64,000 nt of DNA from Bradyrhizobium sp. (GCF_027307225.1 NZ_DAHUXJ010000068.1:1700-65699), one strand, 5' to 3'; positions 8,552-17,446 are shown, numbered from the stretch's first letter. The notes: generated from the sequence alone by a model not told the origin. Made by a program: numbers and translations.

Positions 8552-9811
8552 CTATTCGTCTTCCGAGTCGTCTTCGTCGTCGACCTTGCCGCGGTGCCTG
8601 CGCGAAGACGCGGTCTTGCCGAGCGATCCCGTCACCGCCGGTTCGCGCGAGGCATAGGGGTTGCGTCGCATGACGCGTGCGGCGACTTCCTCGCCGGAGA
8701 CCGCCGCCGGCTCGCAGATCAGTCGCCTCGAGGCACGGCGCATCAGGTCCACGTGGATGTGGTCGTAATGATAGGCGTTGGAGCCTGGCGCGAGCACGGT
8801 GGTGAATTGCTGGCACGCGCCGGCCTCGACGTCGCGCAGAAATCCCTGCTCTTCCGGCAGACCGTGCCAGCCGTCCTTCACCGTGACACGGCGGCCGTCG
8901 GCGAATGTGAAGGCGGCGATGTCGAGCGCGTTGCCGAAAGCGTGTTCGGAAATGCGCGCGTTGGGATTGCCGTTCATGCCGCGGCAGGAATAGGCGGAGA
9001 TTTGCTTGATCTCGACTACGCGGCTACCGAACCAGCGCTGCGCCGCCGGCTGCACGGTGTCGGCGAACCAGCGATCGAGCACCGAGACGATTGGACATGC
9101 GAGCGTTGCTGCGGGCTTGACCGCAACGGGACCGGCGACAACGGGCTCCATCGCTCCCGGACCCAACCGCGGCGGCGGCTGATACGAAGGATAAGCCGGG
9201 GCGGATGACATCGGCGCCTCGCCACGCTCCGGCAAGGTCGGCGCATAACGGTCGCGCGAGTAGGACGGCGGCGGCGGCGCATACGGCGAAGAAGGCCCGG
9301 CCTGCCAGCCCGGCGGCACGCCTTCGCTCGGCAGGCGGATGCCATCCTGATCCGGCGCCACGCTGGGCGCGCGCAGCGAGACCGGACCCGACGGCGCTCC
9401 GTATTCGCCCGCGCCGTAGCCCGCTCCGCCGGAGTTGGGCGCAGGATATGGCTGCTGCCGATAATAAGACGATGGGGGCGGCGGTTGAGGCGGCTGGCCG
9501 ACCGGCCAGCGCGGCTGGTTGCCGATGGAAGCCGGTGGACGAAGATCGTCATCAGCAAAGCCGAACGTCGAGGTGCTTTCGCCGATCGCGGAAACTTTCA
9601 ACGGAAAATCGGCACCGCAGGCACCGGGCCCTGAAATCGGGCTAATCCGAACGATATCAGGACCTTCCTTGACTGCGCCGGATTTCAGGCAGGCGGCCTC
9701 GGCCTCGGCCCGCCACGGCTCGCGTTCCTCGGAAAAAAATCCGCGGCCGCAGCCTGCCAACGATACAAGGACGAAGGAGCCGACGAGAAACCAACAAACT
9801 CCGCGCGTCAT
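8552..9811 (-). CDS. Extensin-like C-terminal domain lipoprotein
   Basis: Lipobox SLAGC, Pro-rich linker, SAYSCRGMNG...ISEHAFGNALDI...HYDHIHVD. Confidence 0.9.
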   Translation of the reverse strand: MTRGVCWFLVGSFVLVSLAGCGRGFFSEEREPWRAEAEAACLKSGAVKEGPDIVRISPISGPGACGADFPLKVSAIGESTSTFGFADDDLRPPASIGNQPRWPVGQPPQPPPPSSYYRQQPYPAPNSGGAGYGAGEYGAPSGPVSLRAPSVAPDQDGIRLPSEGVPPGWQAGPSSPYAPPPPSYSRDRYAPTLPERGEAPMSSAPAYPSYQPPPRLGPGAMEPVVAGPVAVKPAATLACPIVSVLDRWFADTVQPAAQRWFGSRVVEIKQISAYSCRGMNGNPNARISEHAFGNALDIAAFTFADGRRVTVKDGWHGLPEEQGFLRDVEAGACQQFTTVLAPGSNAYHYDHIHVDLMRRASRRLICEPAAVSGEEVAARVMRRNPYASREPAVTGSLGKTASSRRHRGKVDDEDDSEDE

Positions 9812-10032
9812 GCGCGAGAACTTCAACCAATTTATTTAAGGACTCATCAACGTCTTGATTTCACGACTCTTTAACCACGCCGCGGCCGATGCTGCGCCGC
9901 GGGGGTGCGGTGCATGGACAGCAGCGCTGACTTTTTCGTCAATGAGTGAGTCGCTAGCTTTTGACGTTAGCGCTGGTTGAGCTTGAGTGACTTCGACGCG
10001 ACCTTTGGAGCAACCCACCCTTGGAGCATCAA

Positions 10033-10125
10033 ATGGCCCTTCGTCCCTTCGTCAGTCAGCTGAGCGTGGTGACGGCGTACCTCGCATTTGCCTTTGTCGG
10101 CGCGATCGTGTTGGGCGTGTTCTGA
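10033..10125 (+). CDS. 30-aa single-pass membrane peptide (not in ORF track)
   Basis: GGAG RBS 7 nt upstream; MALRPFVSQLSVVTAYLAFAFVGAIVLGVF; followed directly by an intrinsic terminator. Confidence 0.65.
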   Translation: MALRPFVSQLSVVTAYLAFAFVGAIVLGVF

Positions 10126-10148
10126 CCTCATCCGGTCATTCGGTTTCG

Positions 10149-10181
10149 AAAACCGGCGGGTCTTTGACCCGCCGGTTTTTT
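10149..10181 (+). terminator. Rho-independent terminator
   Basis: AAAACCGGCGGGTC-TTT-GACCCGCCGGTTTTTT. Confidence 0.85.
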
Positions 10182-10318
10182 GCGCCGAGGAGCCGCGTGC
10201 AATCGCCGGCCTCCCTGACGCGGACGTTCATGCCGCGTTCAGCCGATACCGGCCTCAATTGTTTAAATACATTTCTTGCTGCATCAGTGGCTCTTTGGGC
10301 AGGGCGGATTTCCAAAAC

Positions 10319-11623
10319 ATGCATCTTTCAACGACGACCCCGCATCATCGCGGATCCAGCGCGGCACGACGGTGGTCGCGGGTGCTTGCGATACTGTCAG
10401 GCGTTGCGCTCGCAGGTCTTGCGCTGGCCGGTCCGGCGCTGGCCTATCCCGCACCGGATGCAACGGATGTCGACATCATACTGCCGTTGGCGAGCGCAAT
10501 CGGTGCCCAAATCCAACTGGCGCAGGCGCAGCCGCCAGCGCCTTCACCTGCCCCCGCTGCGGCTTCCTCGCAGCCGGCTTCTTCCACCCAGCCCGCCGCA
10601 TCGGACGAGCCGATCGGCAATGTCGCGACGCTGACAGGCACGGCAAGCGTCATCCGCAACCAGAACACGCTTCCGCTCAAGTTGAAGGATGACATCTACC
10701 TCAATGACGTGTTGGTGACATTTACCGATTCCACGCTCGGCGTCACCTTCAACGATGCCACGACCTTCAACCTCACCGCCAGCGCCTCCATCAAGGTCGA
10801 CGACTTTGTCTATCAGGAGGGCGGCCAGCAGAACTCGGCGCTGTTCGACGTCACCAAGGGCACCGTCGCCTTTGTCGCCTCCGCCGTCGCCAAGACCGGC
10901 AACATGAAAATCGCAACGCCGACCGCAACGCTGGGCATTCGCGGCACCACCGGACTTGTCGAGGTGAATGGCGCCGGCGGCGGCGCGCATAACATCAAGC
11001 TCTATCCCGATCCGGACGGCCATGTCGGCATCATCGAGGTGACCGATCGCAATGGCGTGCGGCTCGGCACGCTCACACGAGGCGCGAGCGGCTTCACCAT
11101 CCGCGCCGGCGCCGGCGGCCGCATCACCGCCGCGCCGCTGACGATTTCGCCGCGAGAGGCCGCGCGCGACCAGGGCATCGTGCGCCAGGTGCATGCGGCG
11201 CAGAATATCGGCCGCCAGGTCGTGAGCGAACAACGCGCGCTGCGGCGCGCCAACCCGAACCGAAACAACAACCAGCGTAATGCTCCGGCTCGGCCCGGCC
11301 AGCAGCGGCAGAACAATCTGCAGCAACGTCCGGGTGGCCCGCAGCAACATGCTTTGCCCAACAACCGCAGCGGCCAACAAGGCCGGCCGGGCGAGCCGAA
11401 CCGCGCGACGGAGCAAGGGAAGCCGGGTCAACCAAATCGCGCCGGCCAGCCGGGTCAACCCGGTCAGCCGAATCGCGCGACCGGGCAAGTGCGGCCCCAA
11501 CAACCGCCCGGCGCGCAGCGGCCCAATGCGCCGGCGCTGCGCCAGGGCGGATTGCCGAACCGCCCCGCCGCACCCCGCCGTCCACCGCCGCCACGGAAAC
11601 CGCCGAAGGAGAAGCGGCGGTAG
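10319..11623 (+). CDS. FecR-domain exported protein with Q/P/R/N-rich low-complexity tail
   Basis: Signal-like N-terminus, FecR-type segment (LKLKDDIYLNDVLVT...ATPTATLGIRGT), repeated GQPGQPNRA units in the tail. Confidence 0.85.
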   Translation: MHLSTTTPHHRGSSAARRWSRVLAILSGVALAGLALAGPALAYPAPDATDVDIILPLASAIGAQIQLAQAQPPAPSPAPAAASSQPASSTQPAASDEPIGNVATLTGTASVIRNQNTLPLKLKDDIYLNDVLVTFTDSTLGVTFNDATTFNLTASASIKVDDFVYQEGGQQNSALFDVTKGTVAFVASAVAKTGNMKIATPTATLGIRGTTGLVEVNGAGGGAHNIKLYPDPDGHVGIIEVTDRNGVRLGTLTRGASGFTIRAGAGGRITAAPLTISPREAARDQGIVRQVHAAQNIGRQVVSEQRALRRANPNRNNNQRNAPARPGQQRQNNLQQRPGGPQQHALPNNRSGQQGRPGEPNRATEQGKPGQPNRAGQPGQPGQPNRATGQVRPQQPPGAQRPNAPALRQGGLPNRPAAPRRPPPPRKPPKEKRR

Positions 11624-11639
11624 GATTTCTGGTGCCGCC

Positions 11640-11746
11640 GTCCTTCGAGACGCATCGCTCACCGCGATGCTCCTTAAGGACGAGGTTGAGAGCAAGACCC
11701 TCATGGTGAGGAGCCGCGTCCTTACGCGGCGTCTCGAACCATGAGG
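11640..11746. repeat. Palindromic intergenic repeat (CCTCATCCTGAGGAG...GTCTCGAAGGA family)
   Basis: Two head-to-head units related to those at 32234, 46114 and 63555. Confidence 0.75.
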
Positions 11747-11753
11747 CCAATCG

Positions 11754-12620
11754 TTATCCCATCTTCCGCAATAGCGGCTGCCCGGCCTTGATGCGCACGC
11801 CTTCGCGCACGTTGGGGCAGAACTCGAAACGACCCGGCGTCAGCACGATGATGGTCGAGCCGTGCTCGAACCAGCCGAGTTCATCGCCCTTCTTCACCGT
11901 CGCGTCACAAGGATAGACGGTGGGCGCTTGAGTTTGTGCATTCAACGTCCGATCGATGCAGTGAAGGCGGAGGCTCGCGACCAGGATGGCCGCAACCGGA
12001 ACAATCGTCAGCGCTTCGCCCGAGGGGAGACGGGTTTCGATCACCGCGCGCTCGTTCTTGCAGAACAGCTTTTCGACGCGCTTGAGCGCGATCGGATTGA
12101 CGTTCCAGGTATCGCCACTGATGAAAGTGACGCGTTCGACCCTGAAATCCGCCGGCGCGTGGAAGCGGTGATACATGCTCGAGGTCAGCCGCAAGGTGAC
12201 GAAGCGGCCGTTGCGGTGGGTTTCGACCAGTTCGGGCATGCCCAGGAGATCGAGCAGCGAATAATTCGCGCCCTTGATCTGGAACAACTCGGTGTCCTCG
12301 ATCGCGCCATGCGCGCCGATGATCGCATCGCTCGGGCTTGTGACGATTGCAGGGTCAGGATCGAACGGACGCAGGCCATCCTTCAGTTCGCGCGTGAAAC
12401 AATCGTGCAGGCTCCTGAACTCGGCCTTTTTGGCCTCCGCGAGATCGAGGTCCGAAAACAGCCGCCAGAGCGCAATCGAGGCGGCGCAGACATAGGGATT
12501 TTCGATTTTGCTGAACCAGCCCATGAAGCGCGTCACAGCCGCGCGCGGAATCCGGTTGGTCAGGAGGAAGTTAAGATCCTCCTGCTCGCTCACGGCTGCG
12601 ATCAGGCCTTTGACTGTCAT
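11754..12620 (-). CDS. psd: Phosphatidylserine decarboxylase proenzyme
   Basis: DCFTRELKDGLRP, YHRFHAP, KNERAV and the pyruvoyl self-cleavage motif FEHGSTII. Confidence 0.9.
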   Translation of the reverse strand: MTVKGLIAAVSEQEDLNFLLTNRIPRAAVTRFMGWFSKIENPYVCAASIALWRLFSDLDLAEAKKAEFRSLHDCFTRELKDGLRPFDPDPAIVTSPSDAIIGAHGAIEDTELFQIKGANYSLLDLLGMPELVETHRNGRFVTLRLTSSMYHRFHAPADFRVERVTFISGDTWNVNPIALKRVEKLFCKNERAVIETRLPSGEALTIVPVAAILVASLRLHCIDRTLNAQTQAPTVYPCDATVKKGDELGWFEHGSTIIVLTPGRFEFCPNVREGVRIKAGQPLLRKMG

Positions 12621-12631
12621 GAATCTGTTAG
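12614..12631 (+). promoter_or_regulatory. Putative Pho box (PhoB site)
   Basis: CTGTCAT-GAAT-CTGTTAG, 7/7 and 5/7 matches to CTGTCAT-N4-CTGTCAY. It points toward the aminotransferase and overlaps the psd start codon. Confidence 0.5.
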
Positions 12632-12640
12632 ATCGAGGCG

Positions 12641-12807
12641 CTAGTGTGGCGATTCAAAAGTCCGCATCATTGATGCCGCGAGTTCGTCATGCGGACTTTG
12701 GAATCAAAGCCACACTAGGTAATTTAAGTTGGCTAGTGTCCTATCGATTCCGAAGTTCGTAAGCAAGGAGCCGCAACGTGGTACGAACTTCGGAATCGGG
12801 ACATTAG
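12641..12807. repeat. CTAG-bounded hairpin doublet, copy 3
   Basis: CTAGTGTGGC-GATTCAAAAGTCCGCAT...ATGCGGACTTTGGAATC-AAA-GCCACACTAG, linker, second module ending in a degenerate TTAG. Confidence 0.9.
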
Positions 12808-12818
12808 CTGCTTCTGGC

Positions 12819-14477
12819 ATGGATTCGTCTCTCCCGATTCTCTCGCTGTCCGCAGCGGTGGTGGCCGCCGCCGCCTTCCCGAAGATCAAGGCGCGGCTGG
12901 ATTTGTCGCGCGCCAAGCACCACTCGCTGACCGGACATTCGAAGATGTCGCGGCGGGTGGCACGGCTGCTGCCTTTCTATGAATTTTCCGGCGACCAATA
13001 TTTTGCCGCCGATGGCGCGCCACCGGAAATCGCGAGCCAGCGAAAGGACGCCTTCTTTGCGCTCGCGAAGCTTTACGCCGAACGCTACGCCAAGGGACGG
13101 CAGATGACGGCGGAGGCGGCGGACCGGGTCTCCGACCTGCAGTTCACCCGCGCCTATCGCGTGCCGTTCCAGTTCTCTCGTCTGGTGCAGCAGAACCTCG
13201 GCACCTCGGCATTCACCGAAAAATCGTCCGGCGTCACCGTCACCGACGTCGATGGCAATTTGTTCTACGACCTCACCGGCTCCTACGGCGTCAACATCTT
13301 CGGCAACGACTTCTACAAGGAGTGCATCGTCGAAGGCGAGAAGCGCGCCCGTGCGCTCGGCCCCGTACTCGGCAGCTACCATCCCGTCGTCGCCGAGAAT
13401 GTGCGGCGCATCTGCGAGATCTCCGGGCTCGACGAAGTCTCGTTCCACATGTCCGGCACTGAAGCCGTGATGCAGGCGGTGCGTCTCGCCCGTTACCACA
13501 CCAGGCGCACGCATCTGGTTCGCTTCGCCGGCGCCTATCACGGCTGGTGGGGCGACGTGCAGCCCGGTGTGGGCAATCCGCTTCCCGCCCACGAGACCTA
13601 TACGCTCGCCGACATGTCGGAGAAGACCCTGCATGTCTTGAGAACACGCCGCGACATCGCCTGCGTGCTGGTCAACCCGTTGCAGGCACTGCATCCGAAC
13701 GCCAACGCACCGGGCGATTCCACGCTGGTCGATTCCTCGCGAACCGCGCATTTCGACCGCGAGGCCTATGCCGCATGGCTGCAGGAACTGCGCAAGGTCT
13801 GCGACCAGCGCGGCATCGTCATGGTCTTCGACGAGGTGTTTCTCGGTTTTCGCATCGCGCCCGGCGGCGCGCAGGAGTATTTCGGCGTGCGTGCCGACAT
13901 GGTGACTTACGGCAAGAGCCTTGCCGGCGGGCTTCCCATCGGCGTCGTCTGCGGCAAGAAGGAGTTGATGCGCCGCTTCCGCGACGATCGTCCCGCCGAC
14001 ATCTGCTTTGCCCGCGGCACCTTCAACGCGCACCCCTATGTCATGACGGCGATGGACGAGTTCCTGTCGCGGCTCGCAAGCCCGAACTTCCGCGGCATCT
14101 ATCAGGGGCTGGACGAGACCTGGAACGGCCGCGCCGCGCGGCTTAACGCGCGGCTCGCGGGCGAAAACCTTCCCGTGCGTGTCGCCAATTTCTCCTCGGT
14201 CTGGACGGCGCAATATACCGAACCCTCCCGCTACAACTGGATGTTCCAGTATTACCTGCGCGCCGAAGGCCTTGCTTTGAGTTGGGTCGGCAGCGGCCGC
14301 TTCATCTTCAGCCTGAATTTCACCGACGCCGATTTTGCCGAGGTCGAGCAGCGTTTCGTCACGGCGGCTGAAAAGATGAAGCGCGACGGCTGGTGGTGGC
14401 ACCCGCCTGAGCTGACCAACAAGGCGATCCGCCGCCAGATCCTCAAAGAGATGCTGAGGAGCCGGTTTCGGCGCTGA
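12819..14477 (+). CDS. Class III PLP aminotransferase (GSAM/HemL-like fold) with N-terminal hydrophobic anchor and extension
   Basis: SGTEAV, AYHG, FDEVFLGFR, TYGKSLAGGLPIG (PLP lysine), GTFNAHP; 552 aa; N-terminus LPILSLSAAVVAAAAFP. Confidence 0.9.
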   Translation: MDSSLPILSLSAAVVAAAAFPKIKARLDLSRAKHHSLTGHSKMSRRVARLLPFYEFSGDQYFAADGAPPEIASQRKDAFFALAKLYAERYAKGRQMTAEAADRVSDLQFTRAYRVPFQFSRLVQQNLGTSAFTEKSSGVTVTDVDGNLFYDLTGSYGVNIFGNDFYKECIVEGEKRARALGPVLGSYHPVVAENVRRICEISGLDEVSFHMSGTEAVMQAVRLARYHTRRTHLVRFAGAYHGWWGDVQPGVGNPLPAHETYTLADMSEKTLHVLRTRRDIACVLVNPLQALHPNANAPGDSTLVDSSRTAHFDREAYAAWLQELRKVCDQRGIVMVFDEVFLGFRIAPGGAQEYFGVRADMVTYGKSLAGGLPIGVVCGKKELMRRFRDDRPADICFARGTFNAHPYVMTAMDEFLSRLASPNFRGIYQGLDETWNGRAARLNARLAGENLPVRVANFSSVWTAQYTEPSRYNWMFQYYLRAEGLALSWVGSGRFIFSLNFTDADFAEVEQRFVTAAEKMKRDGWWWHPPELTNKAIRRQILKEMLRSRFRR

Positions 14478-14488
14478 AGTCCTCTCTC

Positions 14489-14621
14489 TTATCCCTCCCC
14501 CCGCGAGCATAGCGAGTGGTGGGGAGGCTCGACGCGCGCCGTAGGCTAGCGTCGGGGTGGGGGGAATTGCCGCGAACCCGCGCCCCCCACCCTGATCTCC
14601 GCTTCGCGGGGGGAGGGATAA
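14489..14621. repeat. CCCTCCCCC...GGGGGAGGG palindromic intergenic repeat
   Basis: Terminal inverted repeat TTATCCCTCCCCCC / GGGGGGAGGGATAA; lies between convergent genes. Confidence 0.85.
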
Positions 14622-14728
14622 AAGGCAATTCACGATGCACCAAAACATAGATGCCCGGGACATCTAACGCGAAGACGCGCTTCGCGCTTTTGCCCGGGCA
14701 TGAGAAGTCACTGACATTGAATCGGGTT

Positions 14729-15364
14729 TCAGGCCTGCTTTTCGACGAGCTCGTTGTGCTCGATGATGTCGAGGCCCGGATCGATCAGTTCGCCGCGCAG
14801 CAGGGCGAGCGGCGCCTTGCAATAGAGCTTGAAGTCGTTGAAGGGGTCGGTGAGGATCTTGGTCATCCAGACGAGGCCGGTTTCGACGTCACGGATGAAG
14901 AACAGCTGCACGGTGCGGAACAGAAGACCACCGATGCCGACGAACAGCCAGATCCTGGCGACCTGCCGCATGAAATCGGCCGGTGTGACCCACGGATCGG
15001 CCAGACCGAACAGCGTCGGATCGAAGTAGAGCACGATCGGCGAGGCCGCCCAAATCGTCATCAGCACTACCTTGCGGCGCAGGTTATAGCCGACCTTGAT
15101 CGCTTCCTTGTGCTCGTGGGACGCGTCGTTGAGATGATCGTAGTCGCGCGGCTCGAAGAAGAAGTGCCCGGCCTGGCGCGAGGTCATCGAGACCAGCCAG
15201 CCGATCAGCGCCGACATCAAGGGATCGAAGAACATCATCGCATAGCCGATCAGGAAACTTGCGGCACTGACGAAGTGCAGGCTCTGATTGATCCGGCTGT
15301 GATGGTAGAAGCGATGGTCGTCCCAGCGCTGGATCCGCAACTGCTCCAGGAAATTCTTGATCAT
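14729..15364 (-). CDS. Membrane protein with Mpo1/DUF962-like histidine motifs
   Basis: FYHHSRINQSLH and RQAGHFFFE resemble the Mpo1/DUF962 H..N..H and GH.FFE pattern; several TM helices; GAGG RBS. Confidence 0.65.
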   Translation of the reverse strand: MIKNFLEQLRIQRWDDHRFYHHSRINQSLHFVSAASFLIGYAMMFFDPLMSALIGWLVSMTSRQAGHFFFEPRDYDHLNDASHEHKEAIKVGYNLRRKVVLMTIWAASPIVLYFDPTLFGLADPWVTPADFMRQVARIWLFVGIGGLLFRTVQLFFIRDVETGLVWMTKILTDPFNDFKLYCKAPLALLRGELIDPGLDIIEHNELVEKQA

Positions 15365-15438
15365 GGTCATCCTCAAAAGGGGTGAGTCAAAGGAACGGTA
15401 CGGGATTTCGATGTCCGGTGTGTGACATCATCAAGATG

Positions 15439-16146
15439 TCACACACCATCACGCGACGCGGCTGTCGTAAAACCGTGTCTGAGCTTCCGGATCCGCACCA
15501 GCGAGAAGTGACCGAGCGGCGGAATCAGACGGCGTTCCGCAAGTTCGACGCTGTTCGCGCCCGAGAGCCAGCGCGCGTAGCGCGACCACGCGAACTCGGC
15601 GGTGCGGAAGCCGAGCCGGCGCACCACCGGCTGCAAACCCTGCTCGATGAAGCGGCGCAATCCGTCATCGGCGCTGACCCGGGTCAGGATGATCAGTTCG
15701 CCACCCGGTCGCAACACGCGGGCAAACTCATCAAGCGCCACTTCGGGGTTAGGCACCGCGGTGACGACATATTGCGCCATCACGACATCGAAGGAATTGT
15801 CGGGGAATTCGAGCTTCTCGGCATCCATCACCGCGAGCCCCTCGACGTTCTTCAATTTCTGCTCGGCAACGCGCTTTCTCGCCTTGTTGAGCATGGCCTC
15901 CGAAATGTCGGTGCCGAAGATGCGCACATGCGGCGCATACAACGGCAACGAAATCCCGGTGCCGACGCCGACCTCGAGCACGCGGCCGCCGAGCTTGTTG
16001 GTCGCCTGGATCGCGGCATCGCGTCCCTTCGAGAACACGCCGCCGAACACAAGGTCGTAAATCGGAGCCCAGCGGTCATACGCCTGTTCGACCGTCTCGC
16101 GGTCGAAGTCGAGCTGAGTGCCGTCGAGTTTGATGCTCTCTGCCAT
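15439..16146 (-). CDS. SAM-dependent phospholipid N-methyltransferase (Rhodobacter PmtA / PmtX type)
   Basis: AYDRWAPIYDLVFG, VLEVGVGTGISL, MDAEKLEFPDNSFDVV, RVLRPGGEL. Confidence 0.85.
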   Translation of the reverse strand: MAESIKLDGTQLDFDRETVEQAYDRWAPIYDLVFGGVFSKGRDAAIQATNKLGGRVLEVGVGTGISLPLYAPHVRIFGTDISEAMLNKARKRVAEQKLKNVEGLAVMDAEKLEFPDNSFDVVMAQYVVTAVPNPEVALDEFARVLRPGGELIILTRVSADDGLRRFIEQGLQPVVRRLGFRTAEFAWSRYARWLSGANSVELAERRLIPPLGHFSLVRIRKLRHGFTTAASRDGV

Positions 16147-16210
16147 GATGATTTTCTCGTTTTCCTCGTCCAGTACTGATCCCAACCCGCGGATCCAGGC
16201 ATCGTTGTGG

Positions 16211-17275
16211 TTAGGTTCGTGAGCCGCCGACCGCATGGCTTTCGCTTGCGATCGTGACGGGCCGCGGTGCGCGGCTCGGCTGCAACGCACTCAAATTAGC
16301 GATGAACTGACGCGCGCTGTTTTCCCAGGAGCGCTCCAGCGCAAACTGGCGACAGGTTTCGCGCGACATCGTGAGCGCGCGTAAGCACGCAGCGCGCAGG
16401 TCGTTGTCGAGCGCGCCGATCGGATGGCCTGATATCACGTCGATCGGGCCCGTCACCGGAAACGCAGCAACCGGCGCGCCGCAGGCGAGCGCTTCAAGCT
16501 GCACGACGCCAAACGTGTCGGTGAGACTCGGAAATACGAAGACGTCGGCTGCGGCGAGATGCGCGGTGAGGTCCGCGCCCTTCTTTTCGCCCAGGAATTT
16601 GACATCAGGATATTTTTGCGCGAGCTCGCGGCGCTGTGGCCCGTCGCCAATCACGACTTTCGAGCCGGGCAGATCGAGCGACAGAAACGCCTCGATGTTC
16701 TTCTCGATCGCGACGCGCCCCATGGTCATGAAGATCGGGCGCGGCAGATCGAGCGTTGCCGGGTGATCCGGATTGAACAAATCGGTATCGACGCCCCGTC
16801 CCCAGAAGGCGAGCTTGCGGAAGCCGCGCGCGGAGAGCTCGTTATAAAGAGAGGGGACCGCGACCATGGTCGTCGCCGCCGCGTTATGGAAATAGCGCAG
16901 CACCGCGTAAGGCACCGACGCCGGAACGATCGAGCGAACCGCGATATATTCGGGAAACCGCGTCGTATAGGACGTCGTGAAGGCAAGTCCATGACGGCGG
17001 CAATAGGCCCTCGCCGCCCAGCCGACCGGCCCCTCGGTGGCGATATGGATCGCCTCGGGATTCGCTGCCTCGATGCGCCGTGCGATCTCGCACCGGTTGG
17101 GCCAGGCGACCTGAAGGCCCGGATAGGTCGGAAGATCCATCGAGGGAAAACCCTCGGGCGTCAGGAACTGAACGTCGCCGCCCAGCGAGCCGGCTGCCCG
17201 CCGCAGCGAAGTCAGCGTGCGCACCACGCCGTTGACCTGCGGATGCCAGGCGTCTGTCGCTATCAGGATTCGCAT
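16211..17275 (-). CDS. GT4 glycosyltransferase (Agt-like glycolipid synthase family)
   Basis: MRILIATDAWHPQVNGVVRTL, IHIATEGPVG, FVFPSLTDTFGVVQLEALACGAPV. Confidence 0.9.
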   Translation of the reverse strand: MRILIATDAWHPQVNGVVRTLTSLRRAAGSLGGDVQFLTPEGFPSMDLPTYPGLQVAWPNRCEIARRIEAANPEAIHIATEGPVGWAARAYCRRHGLAFTTSYTTRFPEYIAVRSIVPASVPYAVLRYFHNAAATTMVAVPSLYNELSARGFRKLAFWGRGVDTDLFNPDHPATLDLPRPIFMTMGRVAIEKNIEAFLSLDLPGSKVVIGDGPQRRELAQKYPDVKFLGEKKGADLTAHLAAADVFVFPSLTDTFGVVQLEALACGAPVAAFPVTGPIDVISGHPIGALDNDLRAACLRALTMSRETCRQFALERSWENSARQFIANLSALQPSRAPRPVTIASESHAVGGSRT

Positions 17276-17278
17276 CGG

Positions 17279-17446
17279 TCAGTGCCCACTTTCCGAAGTT
17301 CGTGTTCCGCCTCAGCACCCATCTTTCACGAACTTCGGAAAGCCATGGGCACTGCCAAATTTTCGATTCTAGTGTCGCTTTCCATTTGAAGTCCCCGAAC
17401 TGGACTCGCCGCTTGCGGAGCGGGGACTTCAAATGGGCGGCACTAG
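17279..17446. repeat. CTAG-bounded hairpin doublet, copy 4
   Basis: AGTGCCCA-CTTTCCGAAGTTCGTG...CACGAACTTCGGAAAG-CCA-TGGGCACT, linker, CTAGTGTCGC-TTT-CCATTTGAAGTCCCCG...CGGGGACTTCAAATGG-GCGGCACTAG. Confidence 0.9.

Noticed and set aside
12819-14477. Calling the aminotransferase hemL
   Set aside because: It has a long anchored N-terminal extension and a lipid-gene context, with no tetrapyrrole genes nearby. Only the fold is supported.
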